From NCBI GenBank assembly GCA_963704885.1, contig CAVPIB010000004.1:576001-640000 (forward strand): DNA of 64,000 nucleotides. Reading direction: 5' to 3'. Position numbers and translations under genes: made by a program. The notes under the pieces are model-generated. The model saw only the letters and a list, made by a program, of their open reading frames with translations, had not been told where the DNA came from and did no database searches. This stretch comes from an uncultured Actinomycetes bacterium (GTDB taxonomy: Bacteria; Actinomycetota; UBA4738; HRBIN12). Position 1 is the stretch's first letter. Each line of letters opens with the position of its first letter. Of this stretch, positions 46,768 through 56,307 are shown piece by piece.

Positions 46768-47535
46768 CTACTCCTCGTCTTCCTCCGACTCGAAGTCGAG
46801 CTCGAGCGGCGGGATGGCCGGCATCTCGATCGCCTCGTCGGAGAGCATGCCCTCCAGGCTGTCGACGGGGTCGCTCGTCTCTTCGTGATCGTCGGCCGCG
46901 GCAGGTGGGTCGGCGGGTGCGGCGGCGACCGCCGTCTCGCGGCTCCGGCCTGTCTCCTTCTTCGTCTCCTTGGCGAGGACGGGCTCGTCGATCGCCACCT
47001 CGAGCTCCTTCGCCACACCGATCAGACGCGACTGCATCTCCTGCAGATGCTGGACCAGGTCCTCCCTGCGTGCCGAGAGCCCGACCAACACGCGATCGGA
47101 CTCCTGTTTGGCCTTCTCCAGCAGCTCGTTGCCCTCCTGCCGCGCCTCCTCGGCTCGCGCCTGGGCGTCCACCCGGATGCGATCGGCTTCGGTTCGGGCC
47201 TCGTTCAGCATGCGGGCGGCGTCGGCCCGAGCCTCGACCAGGATCCCCTCAGCCTCTTGGTCGGCCGTGGCGAGGAGCGTGGTCAGGCGCTTCGAGAGTC
47301 GCTCGTAGGGATCGTCAGAGGGCGGCGGGCCGGGCGGTGCACCGGATGGGCCGCTCGCTCCCTCAGCCAACCTTGCCTCGCGCAGCTGGCTCTCGAGTCC
47401 CTCGACCTGCTCCGCGACCTGCGCCAGATAGTCGCGGACCTGGTCGGGATCGTAGCCTCGACGGACGGACGCGAACTCGCGGCGACGGATCTGTGCGGCG
47501 CTCGGAAGGAACGGTAGATCGATATCGGTGGCCAT
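46768..47535 (-). CDS. DivIVA-domain coiled-coil protein
   Basis: IRRREFASVRRGYDPDQVRDYL followed by a long coiled coil and acidic tail; GGGAGG RBS. Confidence 0.85.
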   Translation of the reverse strand: MATDIDLPFLPSAAQIRRREFASVRRGYDPDQVRDYLAQVAEQVEGLESQLREARLAEGASGPSGAPPGPPPSDDPYERLSKRLTTLLATADQEAEGILVEARADAARMLNEARTEADRIRVDAQARAEEARQEGNELLEKAKQESDRVLVGLSARREDLVQHLQEMQSRLIGVAKELEVAIDEPVLAKETKKETGRSRETAVAAAPADPPAAADDHEETSDPVDSLEGMLSDEAIEMPAIPPLELDFESEEDEE

Positions 47536-47633
47536 CGGACAACCTCCCGGGGTCGTCGGGTAACGACCCATCTTCAAGGGGCCGATCCCAAGATGCAACG
47601 ACCCTAAGTCGGGAGTATCGGCAGGTCAGGGCG

Positions 47634-48536
47634 TCAGCTGGAGGACTCAGCGGCCTCGGCCTCACGGCGCAAGACCTCGGAGAACGAGCTGATCGCCACC
47701 TGGATCTGCCCCTTATCGGGCGGCTGGGTCGTGATCCGCTGAAGCCACAGACCGGGAGCCATCAACACGCGCATGCCCCCGGAGGACTCGAACCGGGCTC
47801 CCAGACGCAGGGCCTCGTAGGCCAGGCCCGCGATCAAAGGGATGGCCAGGATCCGGGACCCGATCCGCCACCAGATCCCCGGTGTTCCGAACAGCGTGAA
47901 GACGAAGATCGTGATGATCATGACGATGATCAGGAAGTTCGTGCCGCAGCGAACGTGCACGGTGGAGTACCGATCCACGTTGTCGGGGTCCAGCGTCTCG
48001 CCGTGCTCGTAGGCGGCGATGGTCTTGTGCTCGGCGCCGTGGTACTCGAACACCCGGTGGATGTCCTTCGTCCGACCTATCAGCCACAGGTAACCCACGA
48101 AGAGCGCCACACGGAACAAGCCCTCGAGGATGTTAGTGAGCAAGCCGGCTCCCACCTCCCGATGGACCCACGCGAAGAGCACGGTCGGGCCCAGGATGAA
48201 GACGCCCACGAAGAGGACCATCGCGAAAGCTAGGGCCAATCCCACCTGGCGGGACGTCAGTTGCTCGTCCTCCTCCATGGATTGGTTGGTGGCGATCAGC
48301 AGCGCGCGGGTGCCTATCGCGAGCGACTGACCCAGCACGATGATCCCGCGGAGGAAGGGCTTGGCCAGGAGCGGGTGACGCTTGGCTATCGAATCGATGG
48401 AGTGGGATTCGACGTAGATGTCACCGGCGGGCTTCCGAACCGCGACAGCCCAGTGGTGGGCGCCACGCATCATGACGCCTTCGACCACGGCCTGTCCGCC
48501 GTAGAGATGCGCCGACGCCGGAGAGCGTTCGGTCAC
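47634..48536 (-). CDS. DUF1385 domain membrane protein
   Basis: GGQAVVEGVMM, YHGAEHK, HVRCGTNF, PGLWLQRITT. Confidence 0.9.
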   Translation of the reverse strand: MTERSPASAHLYGGQAVVEGVMMRGAHHWAVAVRKPAGDIYVESHSIDSIAKRHPLLAKPFLRGIIVLGQSLAIGTRALLIATNQSMEEDEQLTSRQVGLALAFAMVLFVGVFILGPTVLFAWVHREVGAGLLTNILEGLFRVALFVGYLWLIGRTKDIHRVFEYHGAEHKTIAAYEHGETLDPDNVDRYSTVHVRCGTNFLIIVMIITIFVFTLFGTPGIWWRIGSRILAIPLIAGLAYEALRLGARFESSGGMRVLMAPGLWLQRITTQPPDKGQIQVAISSFSEVLRREAEAAESSS

Positions 48537-48552
48537 GATGCCGTGCGGGCGA

Positions 48553-48771
48553 TCAGCTGGACGAACCCGGCTGGGTCTTGGCGTACCGCCGCTGGAACCG
48601 CTCGACGCGGCCGCCCGCGTCCATGAGCTTCTGCTTGCCCGTGTAGAACGGGTGGCAGTTCGAGCAGATGTCCGAGCGGATCTCGCTCACCGTGGAGCGC
48701 GTCTGGAACGTGTTGCCGCACGAGCAGTGCACGTTCGCGATCTGGTATTCGGGATGGATGCCTTGCTTCAT
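48553..48771 (-). CDS. rpmE: 50S ribosomal protein L31 (Zn-binding type)
   Basis: [20 protein letters not shown]. Confidence 0.97.
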   Translation of the reverse strand: MKQGIHPEYQIANVHCSCGNTFQTRSTVSEIRSDICSNCHPFYTGKQKLMDAGGRVERFQRRYAKTQPGSSS

Positions 48772-48802
48772 GCTCTCGTCTCCTCTCGGGCGGCCCAGCC
48801 TA

Positions 48803-50507
48803 CTAGTTGCCGGACGGCGCCTTCGCGATCTCCTTCAGGAACTGCTCGTTCGACTTGGTCGCGCGGATCTTGTCCGTCAGGAGCTCCAACGCCGCGCCCG
48901 GCTCCAGCGCGTGTAGCACGCGGCGGAGCTTGACGACGAGTGCCAATTCTTCGGGCGGCATGAGGAGCTCCTCCTTGCGGGTGCCCGAGGCGTCGACGTT
49001 GATGGCCGGGAACAACCGCTTCTCCGCTAGTGAACGATCCAAACGAAGCTCCATGTTCCCGGTGCCCTTGAACTCCTCGAAGATGACCTCGTCCATGCGG
49101 GAACCGGTCTCAACGAGCGCGCTCGCGATGATGGTGAGCGACCCGCCCTCCTCGATGTTCCGCGCCGCCCCGAAGAACCGCTTCGGCGGGTAGAGCGCGG
49201 TGGAGTCCACGCCACCGGACAAGATCTTGCCGGAAGCCGGTGCGGCCAGGTTGTAGGCGCGAGCTAGGCGCGTCACCGAGTCGAGGAGGATAGCGACGTC
49301 CTGGCCCATCTCGGCGAGACGGCGGGAACGTTCCAGCACGAGCTCAGTCACCTGGATGTGCTGGTCGGCCGGCTTGTCGAACGTGGAGTACACGACCTCG
49401 GCCGCCTCAACGGTCCTCTGCCAGTCCGTGACCTCCTCGGGCCGCTCGTCGACCAGAAGGACGATCACGTGCGTATCGGGGCTCGACGCGATGATGCCGT
49501 TCGCGATCTGCTTGAGGATGGTCGTCTTGCCGGCCTTCGGTGGCGACACCACCATCCCCCGCTGACCCTTCCCGATAGGTGCGACCATATCGATGATCCG
49601 CTGCGCCACCTCGAGCGGACCACCTTCCAGCCGGAACCGCTCGTCGGGGAACAACGGCGTTAGCTTGTCGAAGTTCGGGCGGGCGCGGGCCGCCTCGACG
49701 TCGAGGCCGTTAACCGAGTCCAGGTCGAGCAGAGCGAAGTACTTCTCGCTGTCCTTCGGCCGGCGCACCTTGCCGGCCACCGTGTCACCCTTGCGGAGTG
49801 CGAACCGCCGAACCTGCGACAGGGAAACATAGATGTCCTCGGGCCCGGGCAGATACCCGGACGTTCGAAGGAACCCATAGCCCTCGGGAAGGATGTCCAG
49901 CAGACCGGTCAGGACCGGCGCGTTCTGCATCTCCTCCGCCCGCTCCTGTTCCTCGCGGACCCTTCGCTCCTCTCGCGAGCGGCGTCGATCCTCACGCGAA
50001 GGGCGCGGACGTCGATCGCGACCGTCCTGGGTTCGGTCGCCCTGGGTTCGGTCGCCCTGGGTTCGGTCGCCCTGGGTTCGGTCGCCCTGGGTTCGGTCGC
50101 CCTGGGGCCGATCGCCTGGGTTCGGTCGCCTGGGGCCGATCGCCCTGCGTTCGGTCGCCTTGGGGACGATCCACCTGCGACCGCTGATCGCGAGGACGAT
50201 CCTCGCTGGGACCTCGCTCGCGAGGGCGATCCTGCTGAGATCCTTCGTCTTGGCCCTCACCGGATCGGTCCGTTCGAACCTCACCGTTCATCACCTCGGC
50301 GCCCTCGTCGTCGGACGGACTCGCCACGGGCTCGGTCGGCGCGCGTGCGGCCGGTGTTTCATCAGAACCGGAGCCCGACACGATCGCGTCGATCAGGCCG
50401 GCCTTGCGCAGCTTCTGGGCACCTTCGATGCCCAAGCTCTGCGCGATCTGCTGCAATTCGGGGATCAGTTTCCCCTCCAGGACGCTGCGGTCAATCGTCG
50501 TATCCAT
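48803..50507 (-). CDS. rho: Transcription termination factor Rho (two apparent 1-nt deletions near 50116 and 50130)
   Basis: N-domain [14 protein letters not shown]...[10 protein letters not shown] in ORF 49992..50507; [14 protein letters not shown] and FKGTGNME in ORF 48803..50284. Confidence 0.96.
50026..50170. repeat. 15-bp tandem repeat in the rho N-terminal insertion, encoding QGDR(T/P)
   Basis: Five perfect CCTGGGTTCGGTCGC copies at 50026-50100 plus about five degenerate copies. Confidence 0.95.
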
Positions 50508-50511
50508 GAGG

Positions 50512-51174
50512 CTATGCCTCTCCCTTCAACTCGTTCTGAAGCTTGGTCCAGTCGGCCTGGAACTTCTCCAGACCGAGGTCGGTGAGTGGGTGCTTCACCA
50601 GCTTGGTGAAGACGTCGTAGGGCATCGTGGCGATATCGGCGCCTGCGAGCGCCGCATCGATCACGTGCATCGGGTGGCGGAGCGACGCCGCCAATACGTT
50701 CGTCTGGTAGCCCTGCATCTGATAGACCTCGCAGATCTGCCGGAGCAAGAACATGCCGTCGCTCCCCACATCGTCGAGACGGCCGAGGAACGGGGAGACG
50801 ATGTACGCGCCGATCTCGGCCGCGAGGATCGCCTGCGCCGGTGAGAACACCAGCGTGACGTTGATCCGGATACCTTCATCGGTCAGCCGCTTCCCGCACT
50901 GAAGCCCGTCCGGAGTCATCGGCACCTTCACGACGACGTTCGACGCCTTCAGTGAAAGCCGGACGCCCTCCTCGTACATGGCGTCTGCCTGCGGCTGGGT
51001 GGTCTCGAGCGAGATGTCGCCGTCGACCTCGTCCAGGATCAGCTTCCATACCGCGTCTGGGTCCTCGTTCTCCCTCGCCACGAGCGACGGGTTCGTGGTG
51101 ACACCCTTCAAGACGCCCCAACGGTTGATCTCGCGGATCTCCTCGATGCTCGCGGTGTCGAGGAACAACCTCAT
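50512..51174 (-). CDS. tal: Transaldolase/fructose-6-phosphate aldolase family (short type)
   Basis: FLDTA, GVTTNPSL, VVVKVP, NVTLVFS, SPFLGRLDD, HPLTD. Confidence 0.92.
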   Translation of the reverse strand: MRLFLDTASIEEIREINRWGVLKGVTTNPSLVARENEDPDAVWKLILDEVDGDISLETTQPQADAMYEEGVRLSLKASNVVVKVPMTPDGLQCGKRLTDEGIRINVTLVFSPAQAILAAEIGAYIVSPFLGRLDDVGSDGMFLLRQICEVYQMQGYQTNVLAASLRHPMHVIDAALAGADIATMPYDVFTKLVKHPLTDLGLEKFQADWTKLQNELKGEA

Positions 51175-52133
51175 GTCGTCTGTCCTTTCAGTACGGGCTC
51201 GGCGCCGGCGGCCTCCTCGACCGCACGCGCCGTGGTGCGTTCCATGACCAGGTCGATAACAGCGGCGATCGACTGGTCGAATCCGTAGTTGGGGATGATC
51301 GGCACGTCGTGCGCGAGTGCCTGGCTCTTCACATAGGACTGGAGTCGCCGGATGTTGTCGAAGCCCTTCGCGTAGCGCCGCGCCGGCCGAGCGGCTATCG
51401 CATCCTCACGTGCCCCGAAATGGGAGCGATGGCGCTCCACATCGTCCACGGAGATGACGAACGGTACCGCCAGGATCCTGCCGGCGAACGCCTTCAGGTC
51501 GAAGAACCCCGGCACCACGTGCGCGCCTTCGATGATGATGCTGGTCCCCTCCAGGGCGGCACGTTCGATCAGGGCGTTGATCCCGACCGCGACGGCAGCC
51601 GTCTGCTCGCGGAAACCCACGATCAACGGATCGGCCGAACGCGTGGGGGGCTCGCGGAGCGCGACGTCGGCCTCGAAGGACGAGGTATGCAGCGTGGGCA
51701 TCAACTCCGGAGAGAACATCGAGCGCATGACCTCGCGGATGGCATCGGTAGCCACGAAGCGCACGATCCCAAGTCGGGCGGCCAGCTGTGTAGCGATCGT
51801 TGACTTGCCGACCCCGGTGGCACCGCCTATCAGGATCACGATCGGGACATCCAGCTTCTCGACCTCGCGCCAGCGAAGGAAGTTCTTCGCATAGCGATCG
51901 CCCGCGAGGTGAGTCAGCACTTCGAGCGCCAGCTCGGCGAGCTCGTCCGTGGTGAGGGAGGTGGAACCACGCTCACGCAGTCGATCTTCGATCTCCTCGG
52001 CCACCTGGTAGGCCCTGAACGGCGAGAGGCCGGTGACCATGACTTGCGAAGCCATGAGCCCCTTGGAGTACGGCAGCCCAGGCTCGCGATCCGAGATCAC
52101 GATGTGAGGGGTCTTGCTTCCCTTCTCTGTCAC
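51171..52133 (-). CDS. pgk2: 2-phosphoglycerate kinase (ATP-cone plus P-loop)
   Basis: PYSKGLMA...AYQVAEEI ATP-cone, ILIGGATGVGKSTIA, TDAIREVMR, LHTSSF, IIEGAHVVP, HRSHF. Confidence 0.85.
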   Translation of the reverse strand: MTEKGSKTPHIVISDREPGLPYSKGLMASQVMVTGLSPFRAYQVAEEIEDRLRERGSTSLTTDELAELALEVLTHLAGDRYAKNFLRWREVEKLDVPIVILIGGATGVGKSTIATQLAARLGIVRFVATDAIREVMRSMFSPELMPTLHTSSFEADVALREPPTRSADPLIVGFREQTAAVAVGINALIERAALEGTSIIIEGAHVVPGFFDLKAFAGRILAVPFVISVDDVERHRSHFGAREDAIAARPARRYAKGFDNIRRLQSYVKSQALAHDVPIIPNYGFDQSIAAVIDLVMERTTARAVEEAAGAEPVLKGQTT

Positions 52134-52137
52134 GCCT

Positions 52138-53472
52138 CTACCTCGTTCGTTGACGTTCCAAGGCCTGGTCGATGACCCCGCCCAGCGCCGTGTCGAGGTC
52201 CATCTCGCCCTCGACCACGATCGCTCGGTTGTCCACGAACACGATCTCCGCCCCTCGAGCAAGAGCCCGCTCGCACGCCACGTCGACGGCGGCAGCCTTC
52301 AACTCGGTGAGGAGGACGTCGAACGCCTCGGCTCCCTCCATGTCCTCCGCCAGTCCGGCCCGATCGGCCAGCCTGGTGCTCCAACCCACGACGGTGCATC
52401 CGTTGGCGGCCTCGAGGTGAGCTGCCTGCCTCGATGCCACCTCGGCTGGCGCCGTGGTGGTTAGGAACACCCGCTCACCCTTCACGTCTGCCAGCGGTAC
52501 CGGGATGAAGTCGGTAAGGATCTGCCGCGGATCATCGAGGAAGCGGCGGACGTGAGAGCGAAGTGCGGAGAGATTCTCGTGCCCAGCGACTGGGCCGGTA
52601 GCCATGGTAACAACGACAAGGTCCGACAACAAGAGCCTGAAGGGACCAAGATATCCGCCCAGATACTCCGGCGGAGCATCCGCTGGCACGACCAGCACGC
52701 CTGCGTCCCACGGGATCGGGGGTACGGACGCGCCGCTTCCTTCCAGGATCACAAGATCGGCCCCCTCGGCGGCCACCGCGACCTGCGCCGCTTCGCGGAC
52801 GTTCGTGGCGAACGGGGCGCCCGCCAGGCCACCGCCCACCCGGCGCGCCCCGACGGTTGTCACCCCTGTCGTAAGCGCGTCCTCCAGGTAGTCAGACGCC
52901 GCGTGCTCTCCCTTGCGGACCCGCTCGAGCAGGTCGGCGAGATCCACTGAGCCGGCGGGCGCAACCTGAGGTTCCGCGGGGCCTCCGCGTCCCATGGCCA
53001 CGACGACGGGAGTGAACCCGCGCCGCGCGGCCGTCCTGGCCAGCTCGCCGGCGATCGCCGTCTTGCCGGTTCGCTTGCCCGTTCCGATCACTGCGATGGT
53101 TGGAAGCACGAGCGGCGGTCCCGTGATGGGTGGGTCCAACCGGAAGTCGGCTCCCAGATACGGCAGGCCCCGGACGAGCGCCACCGCCACCAGCTCCATC
53201 CGCTCTCGGTAACCAAGGACGGGTTCGTCCGACAGATCCAGAACCGCGTCAGGTCCGAACTCGTCGATCGCGTCGGCAAGCGCCGCCATCCGGTCGTCGC
53301 CCACCACTCGGGTGGGGACTCCGAGGTCCGGCACCGCCGTCGGGTCGATCTTCTCCGTGCCCCCCACGAACAACGCGCCGACGACGTCGTGACCTCGCTC
53401 GCGCGCAACCTCGATCCCCCACCGGGTAACAGGCGGGTAGTGCTCGCCGTCGACCAGGACGATCACCCGCAT
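52138..53472 (-). CDS. cpgS: Cyclic 2,3-diphosphoglycerate synthetase
   Basis: LVDGEHYPPV, GGTEK, DLSDEPV, GTGKRTGKTA, AMGRGGP, HAASDYLEDA, EGSG, LTELKAAAVD. Confidence 0.88.
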   Translation of the reverse strand: MRVIVLVDGEHYPPVTRWGIEVARERGHDVVGALFVGGTEKIDPTAVPDLGVPTRVVGDDRMAALADAIDEFGPDAVLDLSDEPVLGYRERMELVAVALVRGLPYLGADFRLDPPITGPPLVLPTIAVIGTGKRTGKTAIAGELARTAARRGFTPVVVAMGRGGPAEPQVAPAGSVDLADLLERVRKGEHAASDYLEDALTTGVTTVGARRVGGGLAGAPFATNVREAAQVAVAAEGADLVILEGSGASVPPIPWDAGVLVVPADAPPEYLGGYLGPFRLLLSDLVVVTMATGPVAGHENLSALRSHVRRFLDDPRQILTDFIPVPLADVKGERVFLTTTAPAEVASRQAAHLEAANGCTVVGWSTRLADRAGLAEDMEGAEAFDVLLTELKAAAVDVACERALARGAEIVFVDNRAIVVEGEMDLDTALGGVIDQALERQRTR

Positions 53473-53528
53473 AGGATGAAAGAGACCTCCTCTCGGATCG
53501 TGGATGGAGCCGGTTGAACCGCCCTCGC

Positions 53529-54318
53529 CTAATCGCCGACAGGCGCGACGCGCTCCTGCACTGGGAGCTCGTGCTCCCGGTGGACGGGCCCGCCCGACAG
53601 CGAGAACCGCGCCATCACCTGCCCATCGCCGAACGGGAACTTCCGGTGGATCGTTACTTCGTCCCCGTCGAACTCGAGCACGTTGTAGCAGGGCTTGGTG
53701 TAGCCGCGCACCCGCAGGGAAGAGACCGTTCCGGCGTTCGCGACATACATGTCCTCCAGGCGCCAGACGTAAGGGACGTGCTTGTGACCTGATAGCACGA
53801 CCTGCACACCCGCGTGGATGAGGACCTCCAACAGGTCGCCTGCGTCCATGACCGTGCTCCGCTCGCGCCCGGTTCCGGGGATGGGCAGCAGATGATGGTG
53901 GAGCACGAACACCCTCAGTTCCGCAGGTTGCAGGAACTCGCGGGAGATCCACTCGTAGCGGCCCCGGCCGATCCTGCCCTCGTTCTGATCCGGCTCTGAG
54001 GAGTCCATGCCGACCACGCGGATGCCGTCGATGTCTACCGACCAGCTCCGCGGGCCGATCAGGTCCTCGAAGTGGAGGTAGCCCACGTTGCGGGAGTCGT
54101 GGTTCCCGGGAACCGTGTACAGCGGGAGCCTCGATCCGGTCCGCATAGGCCACCCAGCTCTTGTACTCCTGACGGAAGCCTTCGCTGGTGAGGTCGCCGC
54201 TCACGACGACCGCGTCGGGCTTCAGCTCGTTCACCTCTGAGATGACGCGGTTCATCAGGTTCGGGACGAAGTACGGCGAGCCGACGTGCGGATCGGAGAT
54301 ATGGGCGATCGTGACCAC
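53529..54318 (-). CDS. Calcineurin-like metallophosphoesterase (frameshift near 54125)
   Basis: ISDPH, SGDLT, PGNHD, LHHH and SGHKH motifs split over two frames. Confidence 0.88.
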
Positions 54319-54345
54319 GATGTCTTCAGTGTAAGGGTCGGTGTC

Positions 54346-55200
54346 TCAGCCCTGGGTGATCTCGACCCCGGCGGGGGCCACGGCGAGCCTGAGGACGCTC
54401 CACCCATCACCGGGATCGGGAACAGTCGTGTCGTCCGATTCGAAGGCGAGCAGCGTAGGCCCGGCGCCCGAGAGGCAGACGGGCACGCCGGCCGCTCGCA
54501 GATCCATGAACACGCCCTCGACCGTTGGAACTAGAGCCAGGCGAACGTCCTGGTGCAGCCGATCGCGGAGCGTCTGCGTGAGCAACCCGGGCTCCGACGT
54601 GAGCGCCACCACGGTAGCCGCCGCGTGAGCCGAGTTGAACACCGCATCGGAGCGTGCGATCGGATCCCCCAGCGCGGCGCGCGCCTCGACCGTCGCGAGC
54701 CGGACGTCGGGTATCAAGGCCACCGGTCGGAGCGATGGATGCGCATCCAGGCGGATCACACCGTCTCCGAACGCGATCGTGAATCCACCGGCGATCGCCG
54801 CGGCCGCGTTGTCGGGATGGCCCTCCATCTCCACGGCGAGATCCAGGATCTCCTCAGGCTCCAGCCCCAGATCGAGCAATCGGTCGGCCAGGGAGATGCC
54901 CGCCACGCACGCGGCCGCCGACGAGCCGAGGCCGCGTTCGAGCGGGATGCGATTCACGCCGTGGAGCGCGACGGACGGGATCGGCGCCCCCCCGGCGCGC
55001 GCCGCGTGGGCGAGCGCCCTGCTCACCATGTCCGTGCCGTCCGAGGAGAGCTCGTCGGCACCCTCGCCCTCCCAGGTCACACCCGGTTCGGCTTCGGTGT
55101 CGAGGGTCACGTCGTTCCACAGGTCGAGGGCCAGGCCGAAGCAATCGAAGCCGGGTCCGAGGTTCGCGGAGGTCGCAGGGACCCGGGCGGTCAACCTCAC
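54346..55200 (-). CDS. thrB: Homoserine kinase
   Basis: VPATSANLGPGFD, IPLERGLGSSAA, EGHPDN, LSGAGPT. Confidence 0.96.
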   Translation of the reverse strand: MRLTARVPATSANLGPGFDCFGLALDLWNDVTLDTEAEPGVTWEGEGADELSSDGTDMVSRALAHAARAGGAPIPSVALHGVNRIPLERGLGSSAAACVAGISLADRLLDLGLEPEEILDLAVEMEGHPDNAAAAIAGGFTIAFGDGVIRLDAHPSLRPVALIPDVRLATVEARAALGDPIARSDAVFNSAHAAATVVALTSEPGLLTQTLRDRLHQDVRLALVPTVEGVFMDLRAAGVPVCLSGAGPTLLAFESDDTTVPDPGDGWSVLRLAVAPAGVEITQG

Positions 55201-55204
55201 GGCA

Positions 55205-56293
55205 TCAGAGTCCGAGCTCGGCGGCCACGGCCGTGGGATCCGTCGGCACCACGGCGGGGTGCGCCGCACCGGCGATCGCCCACTCCGGGTCCTTCAGACC
55301 GTGGCCGGTGAGCACGCACACGACCGTCGCGCCCTTGGGGAGCACGCCGTCGGCGTGCAGATGCAAGAGGCCAGCGATGCTCGCTGCGCTCGCCGGTTCT
55401 GCGAACAGCCCCTCCCTCGCGACGCGCCGATAGGCGGCCAGGATCTCGCGGTCGGTCACCGCCAGGATCTGCCCCTCCGACTCCGTCGCGGCCGCGACGG
55501 CCTTGTCCCACGACGCCGGGTTCCCGATCCGTATCGCTGTCGCGATCGTCTGCGGATCCTTCACCGGCGCGCCTTCCACGATCGGAGCTGCCCCTTTCGC
55601 TTGGAACCCGAAGAGCTGTGGCGGCTCGGCTATCAGTCCGTCCGCCAGGTACTCCGAATAGCCGAGCCAGTGGCTGGAGATATTGCCGGCGTTCCCGACG
55701 GGCACGCAATGGATGTCGGGCGCGCGTCCGAGCGCGTCACAGATCTCGAACGCGGCGGTCTTCTGTCCCTGCAGCCGGAACGGATTCACGGAGTTCACGA
55801 GCGTGACCGGATAGCGGTCCGCCATCTCCTGCGCCAGCTCGAGCGCCGCGTCGAAGTTGCCCTCCACCTCCAAGACCCGAGCGCCGTGCACGAGCGTCTG
55901 AGCCATCTTCCCGAGGGCGATCTTGCCCTTCGGCACCAAGACGGCGCATGTGATCCCGGCCTTGGCGGCGTACGCGGCGGCGCTCGCGGACGTGTTGCCC
56001 GTGGACGCACAGACCACGGCCTTGGCGCCCTCCTCCATCGCCTTGCTGATCGCGAGCGTCATCCCGCGATCCTTGAACGAGCCCGTGGGGTTGGCGCCGT
56101 CGTACTTCAGCCACACATCGCAGCCGGTCTCTTCTGACAACGGCTCCGAGCGGACTAGCGGCGTGCCGCCCTCGCGCAGCGTGATCACAGGTGTGTCGTC
56201 GGACACGGGGAGACGAGAGCGGTACTCCTCGATCAGGCCTCGCCACTGATGAGCGCCGCCACTAGTCTGATGCAGACTAGTGGCCTCAGACAT
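55205..56293 (-). CDS. thrC: Threonine synthase
   Basis: [33 protein letters not shown]. Confidence 0.96.
   Translation of the reverse strand: MSEATSLHQTSGGAHQWRGLIEEYRSRLPVSDDTPVITLREGGTPLVRSEPLSEETGCDVWLKYDGANPTGSFKDRGMTLAISKAMEEGAKAVVCASTGNTSASAAAYAAKAGITCAVLVPKGKIALGKMAQTLVHGARVLEVEGNFDAALELAQEMADRYPVTLVNSVNPFRLQGQKTAAFEICDALGRAPDIHCVPVGNAGNISSHWLGYSEYLADGLIAEPPQLFGFQAKGAAPIVEGAPVKDPQTIATAIRIGNPASWDKAVAAATESEGQILAVTDREILAAYRRVAREGLFAEPASAASIAGLLHLHADGVLPKGATVVCVLTGHGLKDPEWAIAGAAHPAVVPTDPTAVAAELGL
56258..56284. repeat. Perfect 12-bp inverted repeat in the 5' end of thrC
   Basis: GCCACTAGTCTG-ATG-CAGACTAGTGGC. Confidence 0.9.
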
Positions 56294-56307
56294 GCCGTCG
56301 CCGACAC

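Noticed and set aside
50026-50170. Repeat array as a possible CRISPR
   Set aside because: Head-to-tail 15-bp units without spacers, in frame within rho; no cas genes
52138-54318. 726-aa phosphoesterase-CpgS fusion shown in the ORF track
   Set aside because: Artefact of the frameshift near 54125; cpgS has its own GAGGAGG RBS and ATG at 53472, and the phosphoesterase has its own stop at 53529
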